DNA of 60,928 nt from Patescibacteria group bacterium (GTDB taxonomy: Bacteria; Patescibacteriota; Patescibacteriia; Patescibacteriales; UBA12465): positions 1 through 60,928 of the forward strand of contig JAQICS010000032.1 in NCBI GenBank assembly GCA_027858435.1, given 5' to 3'. Shown here one piece after another: positions 44,659 through 52,734 of the stretch. The position numbers were made by a program, and so were the translations under genes. The notes beneath the pieces were generated by a model. The model saw only the letters and a list, made by a program, of their open reading frames with translations. It did not search any database and was not told the origin of the DNA. Numbering within the stretch: position 1 is the first letter of the stretch; each line of letters begins with the position of its first letter.

Positions 44659-45773
44659 ATATTATTATACTCAGCTTTTTTACGCTCAATAAAAGAATTT
44701 ATTTTTTTAGAGAAATTTTCAATTGAAAAATTTTCTGCATAAGCTTTAATTTCTTCTGGATTAAAATTATAACTAGAAAATTTCTCTATGGCTTTAGCCA
44801 CAGAATATGAGTTTTGATTGTCAAAGAAGTAGCCAGTTTTTCCCTCAATTACTGTTTCGGTTGCCCCACCTTTGCGATAGGCAATAACTGGACGACCAGA
44901 AGCCATAGACTCTACAACCGTAATACCAAAATCTTCTTCTTGAGGATTTAAAAAAGCTTGAGCCCTAGAAAAAAGTTTAGCTTTTTTTTCCTCTGACACT
45001 CTTCCTAAAAATTCTCTATTTTTAGATCCATTAGCAATTTTTTTAAGTCTTTTTAAGTCAACTCCATCGCCAAATATTTTTATCTTATAATCACTTCCTA
45101 GATTTTTAAAAGCTTCAACTAAAATATCAACTCTTTTATAGGGCGCTAATCTACAGCCAGCTAAAAAGAATTTTTCTTGCTCTTTATCTTTATTAATAAA
45201 AAATTTCTTTGTCTCAACGGGTGGATATATCACCTCTGACTCTCTACGATAATATTTAAAAATTCTTTTTTGAACAGTTTTTGAATTAGCAATGAAGTAA
45301 TCGACTCTGGTAGCAGCTGCTAAATCCCACAAACGTAAACGATTTAAAGTAATGGCAATAATTTTTTTAAACCACTTATTATACTTTAATTCATTAATAT
45401 ATTGATGAGTATCACTCCATAAATATCTAGTAGGGGTATGACAATAGCAAACATGAACTGTCTCTGGAGAAGTAATAACACCTTTGGCAAAAGAGCTAGT
45501 ATCAGATAAAACCAAGTCAAAGTTTCTTAAATCAAAAAACTCTACTGCCATTGGCATAAATGGTAGATACCATTGATAATGTTTTATCCCACCTGGTAGT
45601 TTTTGAATAACTGAGGTGTCTATTTTTTTGTCTTTAAAATACTTCTCAACATTTTTTTTATCATACAAAAGAGTATAAATTGGCGCATTACTAAACATAT
45701 CTGAAAAAACTTTCAGTACTTTTTCTGCTCCTCCATCTTGAGCTAAATGATCATGTATTAAAGCTACTTTCAT
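44655..45773 (-). CDS. glycosyltransferase family 4
   Basis: N-terminal ALIHDHLAQDGGAEKV and C-terminal EEDFGITVVESMASGRPVIA blocks. Confidence 0.85.
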   Translation of the reverse strand: MKVALIHDHLAQDGGAEKVLKVFSDMFSNAPIYTLLYDKKNVEKYFKDKKIDTSVIQKLPGGIKHYQWYLPFMPMAVEFFDLRNFDLVLSDTSSFAKGVITSPETVHVCYCHTPTRYLWSDTHQYINELKYNKWFKKIIAITLNRLRLWDLAAATRVDYFIANSKTVQKRIFKYYRRESEVIYPPVETKKFFINKDKEQEKFFLAGCRLAPYKRVDILVEAFKNLGSDYKIKIFGDGVDLKRLKKIANGSKNREFLGRVSEEKKAKLFSRAQAFLNPQEEDFGITVVESMASGRPVIAYRKGGATETVIEGKTGYFFDNQNSYSVAKAIEKFSSYNFNPEEIKAYAENFSIENFSKKINSFIERKKAEYNNI

Positions 45774-45786
45774 AAATTATAAATAA

Positions 45787-47202
45787 TTATTCGACTTCAC
45801 GATGTTTAAAAACTGCTAGTGGTGTTCTAAATAAAATTGATATATCAAGCATCATTGTCCAGTTTTCAATATAATATACATCAAGCTTTACTTCTTCTTC
45901 AAAAGATAAATCACTTCTACCAGATACTTGAGCTAATCCGGTTATACCCGGCTTAACTGTTAAAGCTTTACGATGATAATTTTCATATTTTGCTACCTCT
46001 TCTGGTAAATGTGGTCGCGGCCCCACTAAACTCATTCTTCCAATTAAGACTAAAAATAATTCTGGCAATTCATCAATAGACCAACGTCTAATAATCTTTC
46101 CTACTCTGGTAACTCTAGGATCATCTTTTATTTTAACCATCGGACCATCAGAACGTAAATTCTTATCAGCTAACTCCGTATAACGAAGACTATCAGAATT
46201 AGGAATCATGGAACGAAATTTAAAATATTTAAATGGATGCCCCCCTTCACCAATTCTAGTAACAAATCCGCCATCATCACGACGAGTAAAAAAGATTGGC
46301 CCCTTAGAATCAAGTTTAATCGCTATTATGGTCAAAATAATAAGTGGTGAAAAGATAGTAATTAAAATAAAGGAAACTACTATATCAAAAATTCTTTTAA
46401 AGACCTTTCCCCAACCATCAAGCGTAGTTCTCTTTACTTCTACAATCGGAATACCGGCAATTTCAGACACTTCAGTTCTAAGCACTTTAACTTCTAATAA
46501 ATCAGCGACATATTTATACTTAATGTGATTATCATTTACAAAATCAAAAAGTCTTAAATTTTCTGCTTTAGTTAAATTAGGATCACTTTGAATAATTTCT
46601 TCAACTTGGTTTTCAGTAATAAAGTCTTGTAATTCTTGAGCAGTTTCAATAGAAAAATCCTTCACTCTCTTAACTATTTTAAATCCTAATTTATGATTTG
46701 TAGAAAACTCAGAAATTAAATTATCAGTAGTCTTAGAATTACCAACCAATATTACTGACTTTATACCAAAACCATAGCGTAATAAATATTTTTGCAGCCA
46801 TCTAACAAAAACGTGTCCTAGGCCAACATAAATAAAAGCAAAACCAAAAGCAGTTAATACGATAAAACGAGAGTCAAATAAATCTCTTAACATGAAGATT
46901 AAAATTGAAACCACTGCTAAACTAATTAAAGTTGCTGAGAATATCTTGCTAAACTCTTGTGCTAATTGCCTGGTATTTTTAATTTGATATAATCCAGATA
47001 AAAAGAAAACAAGTAAACAAAGACCAGCTACTAAATAAACAGAGTTTATATAGTTTTCATAAGGAAGTTCAAAAATAATTGGCCTAATCCCTGTCCACCA
47101 ATCAGAAAATCTTAGATGATAGGCTGAGATAGCTGCTAAAATCAACAAGACATAATCTAGAGGGATTAGAATTAAAGAAAATAACGATTCAGTTTTCTTC
47201 AT
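45787..47202 (-). CDS. polyprenyl-phosphate sugar phosphotransferase (WbaP/bacterial sugar transferase family)
   Basis: N-terminal TM bundle, then the C-terminal catalytic domain with KRIFDIVVS...GPIFF, KFRSM and SLVGPRP. Confidence 0.9.
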   Translation of the reverse strand: MKKTESLFSLILIPLDYVLLILAAISAYHLRFSDWWTGIRPIIFELPYENYINSVYLVAGLCLLVFFLSGLYQIKNTRQLAQEFSKIFSATLISLAVVSILIFMLRDLFDSRFIVLTAFGFAFIYVGLGHVFVRWLQKYLLRYGFGIKSVILVGNSKTTDNLISEFSTNHKLGFKIVKRVKDFSIETAQELQDFITENQVEEIIQSDPNLTKAENLRLFDFVNDNHIKYKYVADLLEVKVLRTEVSEIAGIPIVEVKRTTLDGWGKVFKRIFDIVVSFILITIFSPLIILTIIAIKLDSKGPIFFTRRDDGGFVTRIGEGGHPFKYFKFRSMIPNSDSLRYTELADKNLRSDGPMVKIKDDPRVTRVGKIIRRWSIDELPELFLVLIGRMSLVGPRPHLPEEVAKYENYHRKALTVKPGITGLAQVSGRSDLSFEEEVKLDVYYIENWTMMLDISILFRTPLAVFKHREVE

Positions 47203-47227
47203 ATATATTAAGTAATAAATAATAAAA

Positions 47228-47589
47228 CAATTGAAACAGCCGTAAGCCGGATCCTGTTTTAGCGATCATTTATCTAAGGCTAGTTATTACTAACTAGCTC
47301 AAGCGAGTCACTTTTTCTTAACTCTTTTAAAGAATTAAGTTTACTCTTGCTTTAGGTAGGGTTTACCATGTCATCTCTGTTACCAGAGAGCAAAGTTAGT
47401 AGCCATGAAGACATCTAACTTCTTTTCACCTTTCTCCACAAAAGTGGATAGTATAGTCTCTGTGGCACTTTCCCTAGCTTAAAAAAGCCGGTGGGTGTTA
47501 CCCACTACCTTTTTTTCAAAGTCCGGACTTTCCTCTCTTTATAAGCTTAAAAAAACCACTAAAGAGCGATCGCCCACTTATTTCAATTG
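47228..47589 (-). ncRNA. rnpB: RNase P RNA (bacterial M1 RNA)
   Basis: The minus-strand reading contains GAGGAAAGTCCGGAC (P4 5' strand, plus 47518..47535), GTGCCACAGAGA, GGTAAACCC and ACAGGATCCGGCTTAC (P4 3' strand, plus 47242..47260). A P1 helix pairs CAATTGAAA (47581..47589) with TTTCAATTG (47228..47236). Confidence 0.9.
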
Positions 47590-47596
47590 CTCTTTA

Positions 47597-47625
47597 ATAG
47601 TACGATAATTAAGTAAAAAAATCAA
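47597..47625 (-). promoter_or_regulatory. sigma70-like promoter for rnpB
   Basis: On the minus strand, TTGATT (47620..47625), a 17-nt spacer and TACTAT (47597..47602), about 7 nt before the P1 5' strand. Confidence 0.5.
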
Positions 47626-47650
47626 GAAAAAACCACTTTTTAGTGGCTTT
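47625..47650 (-). terminator. weak terminator after the 1340-aa gene
   Basis: On the minus strand, CCACT pairs with AGTGG (plus strand 47632..47636 and 47642..47646), followed by a T-run. The stem is short. Confidence 0.4.
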
Positions 47651-47677
47651 ATTCTTTGTTAATTTGTTAATCTCCTC

Positions 47678-50600
47678 CTACTTCTCTGTAAATAAATAAG
47701 AAATATCGTTTTCCGTTAACAGACCAGAATATATTTTTAAATTATCAAGCAAAGCGGGATCACCGCGTGATTCGACTTTAATTAAGTTAAATTTTTCCTC
47801 ACCGGGACCATAAGGACTAAGTTCAATTTGGTTTTCTAAATTATTATCAACATATAATTTAAATTGGAAGTTTACTGAATCATAAGTTAATACTAAGTGA
47901 TGCCAATTAGAGTCATAGGGAAAGCCTTCATTTAAACCATTGGATATATAATGCCACATGTATTTCATGGTCATACTTCTTTCATAGCTATTTGCAAAAA
48001 ATGTAAACTTATCATTATCACCATATTCATTTCTATCACTTAAAGAAAATACTATTTGACCATCGTTGGGAAAAGAAGTGTTTTTCCACCACATAGAAAC
48101 ACTAAAATCTCGACTAGAAACATAATCTGGAAGCAAGGCACTACCAATATCGTTGCTTAGACTTAGCGCTTTATCACCATCTAAATCAACTATGCTATCT
48201 TCAGAAAAAACCATTTTTTGATTATGTAAACTATCAATTGAGCTAGTGGAAAGAGCATTATCAAAATTCCATTCATAGAGTGCTTGTAGTTCTAATGGCT
48301 CTCTTTTATTATCAAGTGGAAAAAATTGTTTATCATCTTCAATATAGTTATTTACTTCCTCTGCAGTTACAGCTCTTTGCCAAATAGCCAACTCATCAAA
48401 ATAGACTGAACTCTCACCACCGCTCAATGATATATTTTGAGCAGAAAATAAATTACTATCTTCGATATTTAATCTAAACAATTCTTCACCATCATTTAAT
48501 ATAATTAAAACATTTTCTTCCCTGTTAATTATTAAATTAAAATAATGCCAACTATTCATATACTCATAATCCTCCAAGACTGTGTCATTTTGAATTGGAA
48601 ATGATTCATCTCCCAAAACCCCACTTAAAAATAGGTCACCAGGCTCAAAACCTATACTTAAACTGTTATCCTCATTAGCTAGAGTTAAATTAATTAAAGG
48701 CCAACCATTTACGTAGCGGTAATAAAAAGATAGAGAAAAATTATTTAAATCAATGTTGTTTTCAAATTCTTCATAAAAACTACCCATGTACCTTCCTAGC
48801 TCTTTACCACAGCCCCATTTACCAATAATTGAATGACCATTATATAAAGAACAGTCATTAAAATGATTTAAATATTCTATATCATCACTTAAAATCGAAG
48901 TTTCAGGGTTATAAATATAATCAGTGCCAGCTTGATAGTTATCAACTATATTAGGAAAACTGGCTTCAACTTCATTGTCTCCCTCTAAATTATCATTTTC
49001 TTCCTCCTCCTCTTCTTCATTATTTTCTTCTTCATTACCTTCTTCTTCATTATTCTCTTCTTCCTCCTCTTCCTCTTCTTCATTATTCTCTTCATTGTTA
49101 GCATTATCTTCAGGTTCTTCAAGGTTAAAATATTCATATTTTGACTTTAGAAGATAATCATATGAATTTTCACTGGTATATGACTGACGGTATAAAATCA
49201 TATTTTCTCCTATTGAAGGAGCGGGGTTTTCTCCAGAAAAATATATAACTTCTTCACCAAAACCCACTAAATCAATTATATCTTCATCATCAGGACTAGA
49301 AATCGAATTAACTCCTAAATATATGCTTTGCTCAGAATTAGTGATAATAAAATTATCCCTTACCACAATTGCATCAGCAATTGACAATAAATAATCATCG
49401 GCCTCGTCTTTAACAATTAAATATGACTCTCCTTTTTTAACAATTGTCCCTCCCGGGTAGGCGGCATCTGTAATATCTCCAATTCTCACTAAAATTGAGG
49501 GGTTGGTAGCGCTTACTGCTTTTTCTAAGCGTATAGAAAATTTAGCTAAATCAATATCATAATTACTTCTATTTTGTAATTTTATGAAATCATTATTCTC
49601 TTCTGAGCCTATTGCTTGAATATATAATTTAGTAATTCCATTTTCAATAATTTCTAAATCTTCTTCCACTTCTTCATCTTCTTCCTCATTGTTATCACCA
49701 TCATCCTCCTCATAGTCTGAGCCAGGAATATCACTTTCATTTTCTTCTTGCCAGGCTTCCACTGCCTCTGGATCAGCGGAAAGCAGAAGATTAAAGTCTA
49801 ATGAGTTATCAAAATTATAGGAAATTCTATTTAAGAAATGATAATTAATAATTTCTGGCGCTGGCGCTTCTCCTAGAAAATATTTAGCCTCACTCCCATA
49901 ACCTACCAAATCAACAACATCTTCATCTTCATAAGAGCTAACGGCTCCGGTTGCTAAAAACAAGCTTTGTTTTTTATTATTTAAACTAAAATTAGATCGT
50001 GACACCAAAGCATCAGCTTTATCTTTATAATAATCACTAGCCTCGGCATTAACTATTAAATAATAACCCAAAGCTGGTATTATGGTGCCACCAGGATAAT
50101 TTGCGTCACCATCATCACCAATTCTAACTAAAATTGAAGGATTAGTGGCGGTTCTAGCTTTTTCTAGTCTATAATCTTCTTCTTTTAAATCAAGAGCAAA
50201 GTTATTTGGATTATATAATTCAATAAATTCATTATTATTCTCTGCGTATATTTTGCTAATATAAATGTTTTTATCTAAGTCCTCTTCCTCGCTTTCTATC
50301 TCACTTTCTATTTCACTAAGATAGTCTTTTTCTTCTGTTTCAATCTTACTTAAGCTTTTTTCTTTTGTATAATCTATTTCTAAAAAATCTTTAAAGAATT
50401 TTGAACTAGTACTAATATATTCTGTATCTAAACTATTCTCTTCTACATAAACTTCTTCGTTTACACTATTATCATCTGATTTGTTTAGCTCTTTATCATT
50501 ATCATTGCTTTCCTGACTATCATCTTTTTTTCTTTCAGTTTCTTGAATTACTTCCTCATAATTTAGGCTTATCTTTTTTGCTTTATCTACTTCTTTAATT

Positions 50601-51700
50601 TCTACTCCTTCCGGAAGTTCTATTTCTTCTTTTATCTTAACCTTGAGACCGCTAATTTTAGAACTAGCATCTTTCTCACTTTTAATTATTTTTTCACTAG
50701 CAGCTCCCATATTATCCGCTAAAACATCAATTTCTACTTCTTCTAATTCGCTTTTATCATCACCCTTTATATAACTAGCAATTTTAGAGCCTATCTTTTG
50801 CACTTTGTCTTTAGCCCTGTTAAATGCCAGTTTAATTCTAGAAACTGGATTATTAATTAAGCTCCATCTAATTAATAGTCCTGAAGCTTTCACACTACCT
50901 CTAACTTCTTTATCATTAAATGAAGATGAAACAACTTCATCAACTTCTACATCCTCTAAACTATTTTGTAGATATTGAGTATAGGGCAAGAAAATATAAC
51001 GCTTACCGTCTCTAATTAAACCAGCGTTATAGCCACCATTTTCTGGAAAAGGGATAATAGAGTCTTGTCTGGGAACTATGTAGGAAAATTCCTTATCTTT
51101 GGAAAAACAATCTCCTCTGTCGTTATATACACTATAATCATCAAAACCATCAGGGGTAATATTAACCCCATATTCATCTTCATTATATACTAAGCTATTT
51201 AAATCATAAGGATTAGAAACACTAGAGCTTTCATATACTTTTTCTGCTAAACCCACACAAGTCCAATCACCATCTTCAGGCCCTTTTTGAGATTTAAAAT
51301 TAAAATCATAAGCTAAATTAGCCTCAGAAATAACTCTAGCTAAGGTAACTGCTTTAGCGCGACTTATATCACTAACTCCTTTTGGAATTCTTGCTCCCAC
51401 CAACTCTTCTCCAAGAGAAGTGTTGATAAACTTATCAAGCGGTGTTTTCACCACTCCACTAGCTAGGGCTTCCACCACATATTTAACCCCTTCTTCTTCT
51501 CCGACATAAATACCTACATGTCCAGGCATTATCCCTTTCATAATCCCATTTTCTACTTCAATTAATTCATCACTACTTAATCCATACATTTTCCCTTCAT
51601 CAGTGGTTCTATAAAGCAGAGTGCCAAAGGGCATAGCAAAACACAGACGAGGGAGAACAAATATAGAAAGTAGTGAAAATAAAATAATTTTAATTTTCAT
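47678..51700 (-). CDS. secreted giant protein with a permuted NlpC/P60 (YiiX/C92-like) domain, 2 lamin-tail domains and 2 LamG/concanavalin-like domains
   Basis: Signal peptide MKIKIILFSLLSIFVLPRLCFA. His-before-Cys order in GHVGIYVG...DWTCVGLAEKVY (about 51205..51634). Two EFIELYNP/DFIKLQN plus NPSILVRIGD LTD-like units (about 49860..50270 and 49190..49640). Two LamG_3-like units end in DELAIWQRAVTAEEV and LDNLKIYSGLLTEND (about 47681..48960). The linkers are poly-E/N. Confidence 0.8.
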   Translation of the reverse strand: MKIKIILFSLLSIFVLPRLCFAMPFGTLLYRTTDEGKMYGLSSDELIEVENGIMKGIMPGHVGIYVGEEEGVKYVVEALASGVVKTPLDKFINTSLGEELVGARIPKGVSDISRAKAVTLARVISEANLAYDFNFKSQKGPEDGDWTCVGLAEKVYESSSVSNPYDLNSLVYNEDEYGVNITPDGFDDYSVYNDRGDCFSKDKEFSYIVPRQDSIIPFPENGGYNAGLIRDGKRYIFLPYTQYLQNSLEDVEVDEVVSSSFNDKEVRGSVKASGLLIRWSLINNPVSRIKLAFNRAKDKVQKIGSKIASYIKGDDKSELEEVEIDVLADNMGAASEKIIKSEKDASSKISGLKVKIKEEIELPEGVEIKEVDKAKKISLNYEEVIQETERKKDDSQESNDNDKELNKSDDNSVNEEVYVEENSLDTEYISTSSKFFKDFLEIDYTKEKSLSKIETEEKDYLSEIESEIESEEEDLDKNIYISKIYAENNNEFIELYNPNNFALDLKEEDYRLEKARTATNPSILVRIGDDGDANYPGGTIIPALGYYLIVNAEASDYYKDKADALVSRSNFSLNNKKQSLFLATGAVSSYEDEDVVDLVGYGSEAKYFLGEAPAPEIINYHFLNRISYNFDNSLDFNLLLSADPEAVEAWQEENESDIPGSDYEEDDGDNNEEEDEEVEEDLEIIENGITKLYIQAIGSEENNDFIKLQNRSNYDIDLAKFSIRLEKAVSATNPSILVRIGDITDAAYPGGTIVKKGESYLIVKDEADDYLLSIADAIVVRDNFIITNSEQSIYLGVNSISSPDDEDIIDLVGFGEEVIYFSGENPAPSIGENMILYRQSYTSENSYDYLLKSKYEYFNLEEPEDNANNEENNEEEEEEEEENNEEEGNEEENNEEEEEEENDNLEGDNEVEASFPNIVDNYQAGTDYIYNPETSILSDDIEYLNHFNDCSLYNGHSIIGKWGCGKELGRYMGSFYEEFENNIDLNNFSLSFYYRYVNGWPLINLTLANEDNSLSIGFEPGDLFLSGVLGDESFPIQNDTVLEDYEYMNSWHYFNLIINREENVLIILNDGEELFRLNIEDSNLFSAQNISLSGGESSVYFDELAIWQRAVTAEEVNNYIEDDKQFFPLDNKREPLELQALYEWNFDNALSTSSIDSLHNQKMVFSEDSIVDLDGDKALSLSNDIGSALLPDYVSSRDFSVSMWWKNTSFPNDGQIVFSLSDRNEYGDNDKFTFFANSYERSMTMKYMWHYISNGLNEGFPYDSNWHHLVLTYDSVNFQFKLYVDNNLENQIELSPYGPGEEKFNLIKVESRGDPALLDNLKIYSGLLTENDISYLFTEK

Positions 51701-51715
51701 ATATTTATAATTTAA

Positions 51716-52573
51716 TTAATTAGTATAATAATTTTGCCACTCTTTTTCACTTAGCTCTATCTCCTCTTTTCCTAGAAAGTCAGCCGCAAAAGCTCTTGAT
51801 ATATTGTCGTTTATAAACGTGCTCTCATATACCTTTTGCCAAACAGTTACTACTTCTTCATTGAATGTTTCTTGATAATTTGCTAGTAGTAAAACAAGGT
51901 CTTGTCTTAATTTAAAATTAACAGTCTCGTTAAAAATTAAACCCTCAATTCTTTTTACTTGTTTTAAACTATAGTCATTAATCTTTTCCCAGCTAGATAT
52001 CTTAACTATCGCTGCTCTTTTTACATCAAGTGAAAAATCATTTTCTAAAATATAGAAATAATCATTTAAACCATTAGAGAAATCATAAGAATAAACTATT
52101 TCTTTTTTAATCTCCTCAATTCCATTCTCATCTAAGAAGTAATCGTTTAAAAAACTTGGTACGTTTTCCTGGCTATATACACTAGCTAGAATAGATATCA
52201 AATCTTTTCTAAGTTGGGTATTTTCTTCCTCATTAACAATCACCTGCTTAATTTTCTCCTTATTTATTTCTTTATTATCAAGCCTATTAGAAATACAAGA
52301 CCTATACTCCTCTCTTTCTAAAAAACAACTGTCCCGACAAATTACTTCAGCACTATATGTTCTTTTTAATTTTTCTAAGCAAACACTAAACTTAGAAAGA
52401 AAGAAAAAAGAAAGAAGGTAGTATAGAAAAATTAAAAATATAATTGATAAAAAGCTAATAAGCATTATTCTTTTATTTTTCTTTCTTTTTAAAAAGGCTA
52501 ATAATTTTCTTTTATTAATTAATCTTTTCTTTTTGTGTTGCATAAATTTATAGTTATAATTTTTATACTCCAA
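51716..52573 (-). CDS. hypothetical N-terminally anchored protein
   Basis: 285-aa tracked ORF with a basic N-terminus and a TM helix IMLISFLSIIFLIFLYYLLSFFFL. No family recognised. Confidence 0.5.
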   Translation of the reverse strand: MEYKNYNYKFMQHKKKRLINKRKLLAFLKRKKNKRIMLISFLSIIFLIFLYYLLSFFFLSKFSVCLEKLKRTYSAEVICRDSCFLEREEYRSCISNRLDNKEINKEKIKQVIVNEEENTQLRKDLISILASVYSQENVPSFLNDYFLDENGIEEIKKEIVYSYDFSNGLNDYFYILENDFSLDVKRAAIVKISSWEKINDYSLKQVKRIEGLIFNETVNFKLRQDLVLLLANYQETFNEEVVTVWQKVYESTFINDNISRAFAADFLGKEEIELSEKEWQNYYTN

Positions 52574-52643
52574 ACTATAACAAAGGAGACGTTTAGAAAA
52601 ACTAAGAAACAGTTAAGAAAAAAAGAAGATGAAGATAAGAAAT

Positions 52644-52680
52644 AAAAAAAAGAAGAACAAAATTAATTGTTCTTCTAAAA
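52644..52680 (-). terminator. rho-independent terminator (copy 1 of a 30-nt repeated hairpin)
   Basis: AGAAGAACA (52651..52659) pairs with TGTTCTTCT (52668..52676). On the minus strand a T-run follows (the plus-strand A-run 52644..52650). Confidence 0.65.
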
Positions 52681-52734
52681 TAAAGCAGGAAATATGATCA
52701 GCTATAGAATTTCTAGTGTAAGATATTAGTGTAT

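Noticed and set aside
49190-50270. Possible diversity-generating retroelement template/variable repeat pair, considered because the giant protein contains two similar segments.
   Set aside because: The two segments are diverged paralogous LTD domains with substitutions at all base types, not adenine-specific. No reverse transcriptase or accessory gene is present in the window.
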